In this document: positions 13,436-28,918 of the stretch, piece after piece
Position numbering within the stretch: the first letter of the stretch is position 1
Layout: each line of letters begins with the position of its first letter
Source: Octopus vulgaris
Lineage: Eukaryota
Length of the DNA stretch: 64,000 bases
Direction: 5' to 3'
Assembly: GCA_951406725.2 (NCBI GenBank)
Contig: OX597816.1
Span: 155,496,001 to 155,560,000, forward strand
The notes under the pieces: generated by a model
Told to the model about the DNA's origin: nothing
Databases searched by the model: none
Seen by the model: only the letters and a program-made list of their open reading frames with translations
Translations under genes and position numbers: made by a program

Positions 13436-16400
13436 GCACTGCTCAGACATTAGGTTACTGTTTCCAATGTACACATTCAGATTCCTACTTACATTCAAAA
13501 TAAAAACAACCATTTGACAACTTATACCAACACTTCAAACACTGGGCACCTGTTGATAAATCTTAATAGAAATCAAGTAGTTAATTTTATTCATCAGTGT
13601 AGAATATACAAATATAAGCGGTCATTGACTGCCTGCTTATCACAAACTTCCATATCAAATAAAAATTGGTTTCATGTTATTACAATTCCCCATGTAAGTA
13701 CTTAAAAAAACCCAAAAAACATAACAGAACTAATTCACAGCACTTAGCTACAGTTAAGAGATAGAAATGTTACCATGCATATATAAAGATATCCAGACTG
13801 CTTAGTTCCATTATAAGAGATAAGCCAATCTGCTTGAAATAATAGCCAAATATCCTTCAAAGCCAATTTAACATGAAAGGAAACATTGAATAATATTATA
13901 CATGTATAATACATGTATTTTACATATCAAAAGTTTGATCAATTAGAAATGAGCTGGAAAGAAACAAGAAAAAAAGTATGAAATATAGCAGACTAAATGC
14001 AGCAGCAATGATTGATGTAATATTATAGTCAGCATTTAACATTAGCTTTTCATGTTGATATGGGTTTGACAGTTTAACTGGAACCAGCAAGCAGCAGGGT
14101 TGCACCAAGCTCCAGTATAATCAAAATTTGGCATTAATTTAAAGAAATTATTCACAAAATATTTCTACTTATTATCAGTGAAACAATTCCACAAGAGAAA
14201 CAAGGTCTATCAGATTTCAGTGCCGCTTTTTTAAAAGCCTAATAATGAATAAAGTTCATTTATAATCTTGAAATACAAGCTGACAGGAAAGCAAGATCTT
14301 TGGACCTGTCAGAGGTACAAAGTAACCCTGGACATTACTGTCTCAAGCTGCAGAACTCAAAGGTACAATTACCACGGTATATAAGATCACAACAGTCAGT
14401 CACAGGGTTACTCATTTACAACTGCATGAACTGGAATAATGTGAAATGAAGTTTTCTACTCAAGAACTTAATACAACAAATAGTCCAGGAATGAAACCAT
14501 GATCTTGAAAATGTGAGTGTAACACACTAACCACTCGGCCAGACTCCTTCACAAAACAAGAAGGAGTTTTATAAGTACATCCTTGTCTAAGTGCAAGATA
14601 AAGAGATTCAATATATCATTGTGTCACTTTAGAACAAAGTTCCTAATTTGAAAACAATGCTAGTAATTGCAAATCTATATATGTCTTTTTAAAGATAAGG
14701 ATTCTAAAATCTTTATTTTCTCATGTTCAATAACACTCAATCAATAAACTTCAAGTCACAGCAAAAACCAGTGAAAAGAAAAAGTGTGTGTGTGTGTGTG
14801 TGTACAAACAAATGTATTTTGAAGAGAAAGCTAAAATACTAATACCATGAAATTATTAAGCATCAATCATATATAAACATCTTGTACTTTCAAGTAATTT
14901 TACACATGAAATGTTTAGCATGAGGATTTGTACATTATCATCATTCAGCATCTTTGTTACATGCTGGCAGTTACATGTTGGGCAGTTCAACATTACCCAG
15001 CAAACCAGACTTGAGCTGCAATGTGTCTGGTATGCATTCTATGGCTGGATGCCTTTCCTAATGTTGACAACTTCACAAGAGTGTACTTGGTGCTTTTATT
15101 GTGGTACTGGTACTTATGAGGTTAGCAAATACCTTGCAAGATGAAACCACTTAACTGAGTTGGGGTGCAGTACTGGGATTGCTTTGTATAAGGTGCTGAG
15201 AAGGACAAAAACAAGTTTTGTTCTGAAGGAGATACAAGGCTACTCCAGCTGAAAAAGGATAAAGACTGATACAGATGAAGTATCAGGACATACTCTTAAG
15301 GTATAAGAAGGTGGATATAAGGAAGAATAGAGACAGAGGATTGAGGATGGGTGAATGGGGAGGTTTGCAAGTGTGTGAAAGGAAGAAAGAGATGGTTAGT
15401 GATAGGTGGAGTGGTGAATGGTGTAAGCACAGGTGGAGGAATAATAAATGGTGAATCTCAGTGAGAGATGTCAAGCAAAATAGTGAACCAGGAAAGAGGA
15501 AATGATAAGTGGTAATATATGAAGTGGTGGTGGAGAGCAGCAGCATAAATCCATAAATGAGAAATAGGGAGATGGTGCACAGTAACAGAGATGGAAGCCA
15601 GAGACATGCCGGAAAGAATATAGGGAATTAGAAACAAAAGCAGGAAGGTGTCAATGGCAAATAGGACAGAGTGTTCTGGGGAAGTGGGTGTTCAGTAGAA
15701 AAAAAAGTGAGAAGAGATGATATTGAGAATGCCGGGCAGGGAACAAAGAAAGTGGTTCCAAGGAGAGAGACAATTTGTAGCACGAAAGGGGGATGAAATA
15801 TGTGCAGTTCTGCTCTCAAATAATTGCAGCAGCTGAGTAAATATTACTATAGTCAGAAGAGTGATGAGTGCAAAGAGAATGAGTTGTGGGGAACGATTGA
15901 CAAAGGGAAGAAGAGGACTTGGATGCAGGGGGTGGGGAGCACAGACAAATGATAGCAGGACTTCTTGTTTTATATATTTTTATAGATGGATAGGTCTTAT
16001 CAAACAATGCAAATTATCTCAGTCAGTCACTTCAATGAACCTCAACAACCTGAGATCAATCTTCACTACTTTATCCCACATCTTCTAAGGTCTCCCTCTT
16101 CCACCAGTTCCTACCTACATTCAACACATCTTTATGCAGCTGTCCTTAACAATATGTATAATATAACCATACACTGATGCTGCTTATACCCAGCTTTTGT
16201 CTTAACACATTTGATGCACATGAATGCTCTACATCCAGCAGAACACAACCTTAATTTCTTTCAAGTCTGCATGTCTCCTGCATTCACAACTCACATCTCA
16301 CCATCATTTCACATTGCTATTCATACACAAGCATCACACAATCCACCTGACTCCAGAAGAGAAGCTTTTGTTATATTAATAGAAGTAATAGCTCACTGAA

Positions 16401-16549
16401 CTTTCTCCAGACAGTTCTTATTCTAGCAACTATTCTCTCTCCTCCACTGCAAATTAGTTAACAAAACCTATCTACTACCTCAAAAGAATCCCTCATAAGG
16501 ATTCAAGAAGATCTATTTTGCCATATGTTCTCACTAATTATTGCTCCTG

Positions 16550-17025
16550 TGAATCTGCCACAAAGTAGACTTTGTGGCAGACAAATCACAAAACCCTTCA
16601 AGTAGATGGTCCTGCTCGATCTGTAGAAAAGGCATTGGTAGAAACTCCATAAGATGTATCCAGTGTAAGCTATGGACACATAAGAGGTGCAGCAATATCA
16701 AAGGAAGGTTAACTGGGAAGAGAGATTTTGTGTGTGGCAGATGCACAGGTGCAATAAGCACCAAAGGTATACAGAAAACAGATTCCATCACATGCCCAGA
16801 GGAAAAGCTAGAAGCAGTTGATAGCTTCTGTTACCTAGGTGACCAAGTCTGAGAGTGTAGCTGCTAGAATAAGAATAGCCTGAGCAAAGTTCAGAGAGCT
16901 CCTACCTCTGCTGGTAACAAAGGGCCTCTCACTCAGAGTGAAAGGTAGACTGTATGATGCCTGTGTGTGAACTGCTGTGCTACACAGCAGTGTAACATGG
17001 GCTGTGACTGCTGAGGACATGCATG
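16550..17025 (+). mobile_element. RTE LINE internal fragment containing the PHD-like Cys cluster
   Basis: WSCSICRKGIGRNSIRCIQCKLWTHKRCSNIKGRLTGKRDFVCGRC and VDSFCYLGD; closely similar to 31640-32125; an opposite-strand RTE remnant lies at ~16100-16520. Confidence 0.9.
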
Positions 17026-19049
17026 TATACTTATGCCAAAACTAAATCACTCCAAAGTAAACCTTTTAAGGATACAATCATGTCTGTCCCCATATATTGA
17101 ACATTTTCCCCCTTATAGTATGTCCAATAGTTCTTAAATAAAAGAAAAAATTCTTTCTCACTAGAAATAAAGACCCTGTATTTCAGATGTTAAGATGCTT
17201 CAATAGATATTCAAATAAGATTATAAAAAATAGTATGCAATCAAGTCGGTACCTGAAGAGATTCAAAGCATTTCCTAGTCTCATGAGGAGGTAATGACTT
17301 TCTGGCAGGCATTGATAAGCTAAAGTATGATAAAAGGTCAAGTATAGTTGTCTTGATAGAGAAGAAATAAAGAGTTACCCTGCATTAAATTAGGTTGGGT
17401 TGGAATAGCAGGAAAGAAAATAAGAGATGATGGTGATGAGAGACCAGAGCAAACTATCAAGGTACAAGAAGGTCAGTATAAGAGAAAACAGAAAGAAGGG
17501 AAGGAATACGGAGGGAAGTAAAGAGAGGGTGGGTAATTCCATAAGAATGTAAGAGGAGTGTAACAGATGGTTGGAGGAGAAGTAGTGTAATGAACAAAGA
17601 TGGAAATGTAGTTGATAGGAAATATTGGTATGGAGGGATTTAGGTGAAAAAGAAGTAGCTCAAGAAGATGGGGATGATGTGCAAAGTGATGTACAATGAC
17701 AGAGATAGAGGTCAGAGGTACATAAGTGTGGCTATAGTGAATGAAGCAATAATGATAGTTGGGTGGTGGGGGGGCATCACTGGTGGTTATGAAAGGGCAT
17801 AGAAAATGATAGCTGATATGAAATGTTAGTGACAAAATATATATATAAGATGTTGCGCAGAAGGGGAGGGATAACTAAAGGCATAAACATTCATCATCAT
17901 TTTAATCTAATGTCACTTCAAGCGCATATATTGATATGCCTTGCATAAATTTATCCTGAGAATAATACTATCAGGTTCCTTTAAATTGAAAGGTAGTGTC
18001 CATTTTAGAGCTACCAATCTGATTTTTAACTGGTATTCACAATAGATAATGTGAATTTGGTAAGAGAATATGATAGCATAATTTGACATTTCTGAGAGAC
18101 TTTTGATATTTTGAATAATTAATCAACACACAAATGTTAGTTTTATGTTCAATTCATGTAAGACAAGCTTTGCTTTTATGGTTTCTTGAATCAGTTACAG
18201 TTCAATTTAAGACACCTAAGTCTATCAATCAACTTTATACTCTCGTGTAACAGCAGGTGGAAAGATATACAGGGTGCACCAAATATTTTCACATAAACTT
18301 TAGTAGACTATAACTTGGAGATGATTTAACAGTATATACATGAAATGCGCCAAATTCTAACTTGCTCATTTCTCTTTCAGTTGTACTGGCAGCATTGACA
18401 TGGCAGATTCCAATCTGATGCATGATATAAGGTAAACTGTGCTTGTAATTAGCCGACAACTACTGACTTGGAGACAACTGGCTTCTTGAACATGAATGGT
18501 TTCTTTATATTCAGGGTCAGGAAAGAACAGAGGTCTCTTATAAGGATATTCCATCCAGAGCCAAGATGAGAGAATTTTCTCAGCTGCCAAACGTTGTCAG
18601 GATGACTTTGTTTGCCCAGTTAGAAGAGGATGTTATCAATGAAATTTCCATAAATGAGAGCCCATCGCCAAGCAATTCAAGATGGCAGTCCACAATCAGA
18701 TGAATGGAGCTCATCAGCCTTGAGAAATAGAGGGTAGTTTTTGTCTTGTAAAGCCTTAGAAAATATGATCATAAGACTCCACAAAAGCATGTGGCCCTCT
18801 AGCTCTTTTAATCTAAACATACTAGACTGCTGCATCTGTAGCACCATCTCTAATGTCATAATACCAAATAATTGTTGGGAGCTGCTATCGTGGGTGTAGT
18901 GAATGACATGGAGGGATGGAATGGGGTAGGGTTCAACTAATTCCAATATGCAGTTATTGCAGGGCCACATTGGAGATGTCAATAGGGTTCAGGGTTTGTT
19001 TATTGAATGACCTGTTTCTTTGATATACTCACTTGAACAGGTTTTAATT

Positions 19050-19486
19050 TTTGGAGTGGCTGGCATGAAGAAGGGTATTCAGCCATAGAAAGCCATGCCA
19101 AACCTGATTGGAGTCTGGTGCAGCCTTCCAGCATGCCAGCCTGGTCAAACTACCCAACCCATACCAGCATGGACAATGGATATTAGATGATGATGATGAT
19201 GGGTTCAAGTTCAAATCCAAAGAAGATGAAATATATTTCAGAAGACCTGCAAAAGCAATAAGGCCTCTCTTGAAGATGACTGGCCTGCAAGAGCTCTGTG
19301 TCACTGCTACATAAAAGCACCCAGCACACTCTAAAGTGGTTAGCATTAGGAAGTGCATCCAGCTGTAGAAACCAAGCCAAATCAAACTGGAGCCTGGTGC
19401 AGCTCTTCAACTTGCCACCTCTGGTCAAACTGTCCAACCCATGCCAGAATGAACAACAGACATTAAATGGTCAACGATGATGATGA
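19050..19486 (+). mobile_element. Two RTE 3' UTR-derived short copies
   Basis: GAAGGGTATTCAGCC and GGAAGTGCATCCAGCTGTAGAAAC motifs with (GAT)n tails at ~19188-19200 and ~19475-19486. Confidence 0.75.
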
Positions 19487-19739
19487 TATTATGGATTATA
19501 ATAAAGTACCAATAATATTTTCTGTCATTGTCATACCAGCCATATTTCTCTTGACTTATACAGTGCAAAACAAAAAGGATGCACTGGTCTATGCAGTTCA
19601 TAATATACAAAAATATGGGCTAATCAAAACACAATTTTTTTTTTATCATAATTCTGCTAAATCAGAGATAAACATGATTTACACTCTATAATGTGAACAA
19701 TATTAAGTTAAAACCCTAAAGCTCACTACGAGTTATAAA

Positions 19740-21000
19740 ACATCACAAACTGATGAGATCTCATGGTTAAAGAATACTTCAGTTCTCTTCAGATGTTGAT
19801 CTCTCTACAAAATTCAAAATCTATAGTAGAATACTGATGAAAATTCTGAAACAATACTGCTGCTACACAAACATCATCTTACCGTGCCTGAAGATTATAA
19901 ACAAGGCAAAAGTGAAAAATAGAGAAAGAAAAATAAAATTGTGGTTGATTGACAGAGTAACCCAACATATTACAAGAGATATCCAAACATTCTGTTTCAA
20001 CATTCACCTCTTCTATCGCAGTTGAGATGGCTTCTATTTCCCTTGCTCCAGTTTATACATTTTATTGTCTCTTCACCTTATCTAATCAGTACACACATAC
20101 AACCCATATTTCTTCTACAAACGTCAATCTATAGACATTAGAGCTGATTTTTTTAAACACAGTGACAGTATAGATATGAGATTTCATTGGATTATACATT
20201 TTAAATGTACTTGCAAAGAAATCTACTACCACAGACTTGGACCTGTAGAGGGATGATGGGTTAGTTAAGGCACTAACAAATTAAGGAAGACCACTATCCA
20301 TACTTTAAGCACTTCAGGTCTCAAAATAATAGTCTCTAAGGTAAGAATTGCAGACTCACTCAATGTACACTATATTTAACAACTAAACACAAACCTTTAA
20401 GGAGTATTAAATAAAAAAAGAACTAATGTAGAATCAGGCTACCAACCCCTAATGTGGGTAAAGAACTTCTTCATATACAACATAAGCCAAAATATCTCAA
20501 ATATGTTCTTGAATAAAAAAACATTCAAGGAAACAGAACCCTACTACAACAAAGCCTTACTAGTTAGTTAGCTGATTAAAAATACTTAACTACCCAACTC
20601 TCTTCCCATCTTCACAAATGAAAAAGAGGTACTGTAAAATATAATTCATACATATACCCTTTCACCCAATGAAAAAGCTAATAGAATATATAGATGAAAA
20701 ATATTTATAAGAATATATAATAAAGAAAGACTTTCTATATTTCATTGGTAAGCTTCTGACTAAAGACAGCCTAAAAATTAGCTATGAATATTTATATAAA
20801 TATTTCATAATCATATATCTTCCTTTAAAACAAATTAAAAAGAACTTAAAAATCGGAAATTAAAGGAAAAAGGAGAGATTCATACTATCAAATTAGAAGT
20901 ATACAGCAAAAAAAATTTTCAAAAACTTTCACAAACAAGAACTCTTTCAACATCAGCTCAGAGATATTTGAGAATTGCACACACTTTGAAAATTACCCAT
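19740..21000 (+). mobile_element. Highly degenerate Penelope-like RT remnant
   Basis: Residual motifs (L)xRDDGL at ~20245 and EPYYNKAL at ~20535; A-rich sense strand; boundaries uncertain. Confidence 0.4.
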
Positions 21001-22401
21001 GCATAACTGAAAAGCATCCCTTTTGTTTAACTGGAACTATCTGCTCTGAGATCTGATATTGCATCACTACAGTTTTTTTATTTTGCTGCTCCTCTAAATT
21101 CTTTTCTTTCCAACACTAATTTTTTCCCCTCATCACTGCTATGATTGTTACTCACTTCAAACAAATACTCAACTTCAAACAAATACATCACTGTTTCTAG
21201 TAACTGCAATATTACAATTAAGAGGAAACAACTTACAACTTATTCACCTTGGCGGAAATGGAAATTTGAAAAATAACATTTTTTCAAACTTCCTCATTTT
21301 TCCTAACCATTTGGGATGGTCAGAAAATACCTGAAAACAGAGATCATGAAAGTAATGGCAACCACACAATAACATAACTTGTGTCAGTAGCCTAGGGTAA
21401 CTTTTCTACCTGGCTGGCTCCTGTCATCTGTCTTACCCATGCATGCATAAAAGATGAATGTTAAATGATGTATTTCTTTACAAATACAAGTATATATTAC
21501 TACTCAGTGATATGTATCATTCTTTATATTCAACTTGAGATGAAACACTCCCCTACTGTTAATTTTTGGCCTTGTGCAAAAATAAAATACATTTTAATGT
21601 TCTATTTTAGTGTTTGTCACTCCAGTAGGTGGTTAGTCCCATAACCTATCAAAATGTTGAGGCTATAGTGAAAGAAGCAGCATACTTATACCCAGCATAA
21701 ATATCCTTTTCTCAAGTTAAACTGTGAAATGCTTCAAAAACTTGCATGGCTTCCACTTCTCTCATTTGATCACAATTAGAAAAAAAAAAGACTTATTGAG
21801 TTATGGATCATTTCCATGGAATCATCCACACAGCAGGAGATTAGAACAGCATATGAACTGACATTTTCACCAGTATCCTGTAAACTCAAGTAGTTGCAAC
21901 AACCACACTTTTTGTTTTGGGGGTTAGAGATGAGGCAGTACCAATGACATTAGCAGGCTCATGAGAAACTGGTGAGACCAATGCAGCCAATACCAACAAC
22001 TCCAAATCAATATATGCGCAGGAATAAATGTGAGTGGAGAAATAACCGAGACAGGGATTAGTGTGACTAACAGATTGAACTTCATTAAAATGTACCCAAG
22101 GACTAACACAGTAGTGTTAAACTAGGTGGCATAAAATACAAAGGGTAGACTGTAACAGATTGAAATAATTTTTTCAAATCAAAAATAGACTGTTGCATAT
22201 TCACAAAATTTACTTGTTTTGTTTCCTGTAAATTTAATTATTCTGTTTCTCAGCTGTAACACATGCTCTGAAGTTGTTAACTATATTTACTGATAAAATT
22301 AAATTTTAAAAAGCGAATTTATGATTAGAAGCAGTCTGAGACTAATGCATGTATTAAAAATGGTCAAAACTAGATGCCACAAATTTGAATGTAATATTAT
22401 C

Positions 22402-22622
22402 TATTACTCTTTACTCTTTTACTTGTTTCAGTCATTTCACTGCGGCCATGCTGGAGCACCGCCTTTAGTCGAGCAACTCGACCCCGGGACTTATTCTTCT
22501 TTTTTTGTAAGCCCAGTACTTATTCTATCAGTCTCTTTTTGCCGAACTGCTAAGTGACGGGGACGTAAACACACCAGCATCGGTTGTCAAGCAATGCTAG
22601 GGGAAAAAACACAGATACACAA

Positions 22623-22675
<53 letters not shown>

Positions 22676-22840
22676 TACGACAGGCTTCTTTCAGTTTCCG
22701 TCTACCAAATCCACTCACAAGGCATTGGTTGGCCCGGGGCTATAGCAGAAGACACTTGCCCAAGGTGCCATGCAGTGGGACTGAACCCGGAACCATGTGG
22801 TTGGTTAGCAAGCTACTTACCACACAGCCACTCCTGCGCC
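22402..22840 (-). mobile_element. tRNA-derived SINE, family B (full length, internal CA/TA microsatellite)
   Basis: Starts GGCGCAGGAGTGGCTGTGTGG on the minus strand; closely similar to 12476-12846 and 41963-42225. Confidence 0.92.
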
Positions 22841-25591
22841 TATCCATACATATTTTTATAAAGTATGTCAATGTCATGTTGTATTGTGTCACAATACAAA
22901 CCTACAATTTCATGAGCCAATAAGATAAAACTACCATCCTCTCCAAGTACAATTCCATATCTGATTTAAAATATTATCATAATTATAACATATTTTTATT
23001 GATAAAAAAAATTACTATGGATTTTAACCTTTACCATCTTCAATTCAATAAAAAAACTTAATATCCACCACTTGTTACACAAAAGAAAATAAGAACAGTG
23101 TTACAGTACTTCATACACTATTTACTAAGTCTAATGGTTCTACTGGAATGTGTTAGTGATTCTCACTCATTATCTGGATGTATGTAAGACTCACTGAATG
23201 ACCTGTCCAGTTACCTGATATACTCAAACACAACAAACCACCAGAGTAAGAGACCTGTTTGTAATAAAGATAAATGAACAGCAATTATATATAATTATAG
23301 ACAACTAACAACCTTTTGTTTGTTTATGTTTCCTTTTCTTTTCTAGGCATGTGTAGCAAAATGTTTTAAGCATAGATTCACACACACAGCAAGTGAAAAA
23401 TGTCATAACTACTAATAAATTGGTTAACTACTGAAGGTTTAATTTTCAAGACAGGGACCATGAATGAACAACAGTTTGAAAATGATGGGAAATGGAGCCA
23501 GTGAAATGGAACATCTTACTTGGAAAGTGAACCATTTTCAGGCAACTTGCCAGCTGTTTCCTCACTGCAATGCAGTGTTCATTTTTCTTTTTGTCTTGCT
23601 TTTCACAAAGTAAAAAAGCAAAAGACAGAAGAAACAAATGGTTCTTGCCAGTTTCACCAGAAACAGGCTACATAAATGCGTAGCAGTTACAAATCATTTA
23701 CTTTAATGAAACATAAAAGGTACAGAGTAAAGGACACTGTACTATATGGTCAGTAGACCAGTTAAAATATTTAAAATCGCTACTTGTAAAATGCCTAGGT
23801 GAAGCAAATGAGAACTTCTTATTGCTAGCAAGGAGCTTTTCCATCTCTAGAATGGCAGCCCTGCTATCCATCACTAGAATGAATGTTCATCAATGTAAAT
23901 TCTCCATCAAAGACTGGTGTTCTATCTTGGGTGAAGGAGAGGGGTGTAAAATATTACAAATACAAAGACTTAATGATGTTCATCATCATACAATGTCCAT
24001 TTTCCATGCTGTCATTGGTTGGATGGCTTGACAGGAGCTGGCAAGCCAGAGGGCTGTACCAGGCTTCTGTTGTCTGTTTTGGCATGGTTTCTACAGCTGG
24101 ATGCCTTTCTTAATGCCAAATTGAAAATTATCTGCATTACATATTATAGAATTTCTCCTCTATTCTAACCAAAATCAGTGAGAATTATTTCACAGAAGCA
24201 CAAAGATAATACACAAGGATAAGATGAAGAAGAGATTAAGATACAGAACTATCTACTCATTCATTGGGAGTTCAAAATTAGTTGTTGATGCTTCTGTATG
24301 TTTCTTAGCAGAATATTTTATTCTATATTGCTTTAGTTTTTATTGCTGTCGAAAATAGGTCTCAAATCTCACAATGTTACCTTTAATATTTAGGTGTCCC
24401 GTGAATGGAACAATATATCTCCACTGCTTGACACTGAAATTCGATGGTTTCTGTTGTTTTTATCCACAATCAGCTGAGCCAGCAGACCTATGATCTAATG
24501 GCAAAAGAGTCATGATCATCCAGGCTAATTTGTTTGATATATTTCTATCTCACATTATCTACTGTATATTTCTTTTTTATTAAAGCAGTGATTTCTGATA
24601 AATTTGTTGGCCGCTGTTTCTAGCAGATTAACTTGCCATGTTCTTTTGTTGCTGCTGATTCAAATTTTTAGAAGAGAGAAAATAAGACCTTGTTGCATTT
24701 ACGCATTTCCTTACAAATTACCAATGCAACTGAAGTAAAACCGATTTGATTTGAGAATGAAGCTGTATCACCGAGTGAGCTTATCACAGGTGAAAACAAC
24801 AAAAAACAGATAAACAAGATTCTGCATGCTTGCTCAACTTACTAGAAATTACAGCCTACACCTGACAACCTTGAAAAGAAGAAAATACATTGGATGACAG
24901 TCCTATATGTAAACAAAAAAGAGAATGCATTGATCATAGAACAGATCAGTCTATGGCATCCCTGGTGCTCAACAACTAGCAAAACATTTCTGCTTTGGGA
25001 TTCTCAAGTGGTGAGGATTAAAGGTCACAATGTCTATGGCTTTTCCACAGTATAAAGTCACTCGGATACATTTCAGTTTCTAGCCCAAGAACACGGTATC
25101 CTCGATGCCTTTTCTACACAACATAATGGGTTCTGCTCCCCAGAGCTTGGGTGAGGTTTAAGCTACCCCATCTCAGTCATTTCTAACCCATTTGTCTCTC
25201 CTCATCACTTTTGATGTAGCCAACTCCCAAACTAATCACTATGCCAAAATTTATCAAGACAAGTATGACAGCCTTCTCAAATTCCCTCTCTACCCTGGTT
25301 TTTCTGCAGGTATTGACTTACAAAAGATTCAAGTGAAACATTAAAGGCATCACTAGGAGGATCTGATGACCATAAACACTGGTTCATTCTCCAGCCCTGA
25401 CAAATGTAATCAAGTAGATCCAATTGAAAATTGTCACTTCATGGCAATGCATCCCTGATCCAATATAGGTATGTTTTAACAAATTAAACCGAATTACATA
25501 CTCAAAGAGAGTGTAAAGGGTTATTTGAATTAGCAAAAATAACTGAATTTCTACCAAATCCACTTTTTACATGAGGGACAAGTTTAGATAA

Positions 25592-25814
25592 TTAACCCTT
25601 TAGCATTAAAACCAGCCATATGTGGCCAAAATATACTACGTGTTTAAACTTCAAACCAATCAGATTTAGCCTCTTACACCTACCCTACAATGTTGTTTTG
25701 AAAATAAACAATTACTGAAATCTCAAAGCTACAAGGTAGTATATAATCAATTCAAAACTATGTGAATAAACAACCATTACATTTGACAATGTAATCTGAA
25801 TGCTAAAGGGTAAA
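25592..25814. mobile_element. piggyBac-type MITE
   Basis: TTAA-CCCTTTAGCATT ... AATGCTAAAGGG-TAAA: 12-bp TIRs starting CCC in a TTAA-like site. Confidence 0.8.
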
Positions 25815-27195
25815 GTGGTTGATTTAATCCACCACCAAACTGAATACTAGAACCTAGTTCTTGAGTAATTTGAGCAGAGCCTACTCTGCTGCTAGAATCA
25901 AGTTAAGTCTTCTTTCTGAAGATAACTTCCTCCCACAAATCTCAATTACCCTGTAAAGTTTCATAAGTGCTACTCTTCCTTGATTAAGTGAAAATAAGTG
26001 TACATATAGATATATTATGTCTGAAAAAGATGCAATTATCACAGCCGGAATGCCTTTGACCATAGACTTGATCAATCAGGACTGACCTAGGGTTAAACAA
26101 CACCATAAAGCTTACTTGGTCATATAATAGCAACAGCTGTAATAGTAAATGTGATTTCTAGGGGATATACAAAAAATAAATGTTAAGGAACGGAATTCAT
26201 ATTGCCTCAGTATACCATAAAGAACCAGAAGAAATATTCTTGTGACAATTCTTCCAATTCACTAAATTCTGCCAGCTCACCATTTTTTAACTAATCTACA
26301 ATAATTTCTTTAGCTTTAAAATTTATATTGATTGTGTATGAAGTGCAATAGTAGTGAAATGTGGGAAGACATGAACACTGAATACAGACGGTTAGGGTTG
26401 GAGAGAAAGAAAGAAAGCATGCTTAGCTGGAGGTGTAATGTTAGTGTGAATGAATGCTGTGATACACATGAGCCAAGAGCTAAACTGAATATAAGAGGAA
26501 TAATTTGATGCATGAAAGAATGGAGGCTGCATTGGTAAATGACATGTAATAAACATGGAAGATAACATATGAGTAAAAATGTGTCAGGATATCAAAGTGG
26601 AAGGAAACTACGGAAGAGGTGGGCCATGACTGACAAGAGCACTAATGATGAAAGTGGATCTCAGAATGATGAACCTCACAAAAGTAGTGACAAAAGAATG
26701 CAACATTTAGCATGACAATGTATTGGAGAGGACTCGTCTAATCATCATCATTGATTTAGCACTCACTTTACCATGTTTGCCTAAGAAGCCATTAAGGCAG
26801 ATTTTTTATGACCAGATGCCCTTCCTGTCACCAACCCTCTTTTGTTTCCAAATAAGGTAATATCTTTCCATAACTGGATAGGCTTTCATGAAAGATTGGA
26901 AACTAATGATACTGCTTGTATATCGGATGCACTCATTTACAAAATAAAGGGAAGTAACTAAATACAGCATAGCATTTTGTCTTGCACTCAATAGATTTGT
27001 CCATCCACCACCCATGTAAATATTTCTAACATGAGCACAATGCCATGATTTTTTTTCAGGGAAGGAGGAATTTTTTTTCAACCCTAGTACTTTTATGATT
27101 TCCACAAATATAATTGACCTCAGCAGGATGTGAACTCAGTATGTAAGGAACCTGAATAAGTATCACAATCACTGAAACAAGTAAAAATTACTTAC

Positions 27196-27264
27196 ACCAT
27201 ATACGGTAAATTGGCCTGTAGAAACAACACGTGTTGTTGTCAACACCACAACAGTAAGCATTAC
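27196..27264 (-). CDS. WBP1/VOPP1/Shisa-like protein, exon 3 (CC...CC ectodomain)
   Basis: ATATTTTTCAG acceptor and T|GTAAGT donor; 69 nt, phase 1-1; reads (G)NAYCCGVDNNTCCFYRPIYRIW and joins exon 4 to give YRIWWFWFVW. Confidence 0.92.
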
Positions 27265-28918
27265 CTGAAAAATATAGAAGATTCAAACATGTTAGGCACA
27301 AAAGAGAATATTAGAAGGAAAATTTCAAATATATGCATGCAGCCACTTGGGTGCAACATAGAGTAAGCTTGGCTAAAATTTGAGACAACTGGTTTTTGCT
27401 TATACTAAGTACAAGAATGACCAAAGGACCAAATAATGGGAAGGGTGCTGTTTTATTATACACAAGGTGAATCAACCTATTTTGTTGTTTTGGAATAATG
27501 TAAAGTAACTAATATCGAAAGAGTAATTAAGAGAGTGTAGTGACTGGAACCTCAAGATAAATTGACAGAAAAGAGAACAGGAGTCAACCAAAAATAGAAT
27601 TTAGGTCATGGCTTCAACTGGTTCTGCGGGAGTCATTTCTACAGGACATGATATATAACAATCATGAGCCAATGGAAGAAGGAGTCACAGTGCAGTCTAC
27701 TTGCCCTGCTAAGAATATCAGTGAAATCACATTACATCCAGTTGGTGGTAGAAGGGACATTTAATGTCTGTTTTTACCATTTTAGTACTAAACAAGTCTT
27801 CTTGAATAAAGTACCTTGCTACATGTGTGGAGTTCCATCACTTCATGAAGACCAATATCACATTAATTTAGTCTTGGAAAGATTATTTCTGAATAAAAGA
27901 ACTTTCACTATGGATTATATTCATTCATGGGTCAGTCCAATCACCACTGACATATGACTAAAGTCAACATGTGCACACACGTCCCCTCCTGCCTTCATGG
28001 TACATTCCACCCCCATCTTTCTTCATTACTCTTGTTGTATCTTAGTTTATTACCTTCCTACTGCCTCATTTTCTCTCACTATCTTCCTCCTTCCACAGTT
28101 CAACAATCTTATATGGCCAAGAAGGCCACGTAAAGGGAAACATGAATGATGGTGATGTACGAGAAAAGTATGGAAATAGGAAAACAAATTGCAAAAATGA
28201 AAGGCGTAATAAGAATAAAACTGGCAGACAATGAAGAGAATCGTATTATGAAAGCAGTGTTACTGGAAGACAAAAAAGCAGCAAGACTGAAGGAGATATT
28301 TGGAAGTAGAATAGAAAATACATGAAGGCGGTTTCATTATGATGAATTACCACCAGTGATAATGTATGAAGACTTAATACCTTATGCAATATGAACAGGA
28401 TACATACTGGATAAAATTATTGATCATAAAAACAGTAAAATGGGACTTTCTACTTTGGTGCGGGGGGGGGGGGGGCAGAAAGCCATTTCATTATTTTTTT
28501 CACACCCCATGACTCATTTGTTAATCGTTATGTGTACCTTGTAATCTCCCTTCTATATTAAGGCTTTATACCTGTAATAATGAAAGATGTTCAATCTTAT
28601 CTCTGGTCTACCCCCATAACTCTCTGGACTTCCACCACCATCTATTTCTCTTTCATGTTCCTTTCTTCCCTTCTCATACCTTCTATTCATACAGGTCCTT
28701 ATGTGGGATAGTTGTACATCCTCAATACTCCTATTGCTGAGTTGTTTCTGCATTCGAGTGTAATTCGAGTAAAGTGTTATGAATTTTAGTGCATTATGAA
28801 ATAAATACACAAAGTGAAAATCAATGAAACAGCTGCATCTGTGAGGCATTAAGAAAATACATCAGAAGGCTATATTTGAAGAAACACCATAATTTACTTG
28901 GGTTGCAATGAGAGTAGA

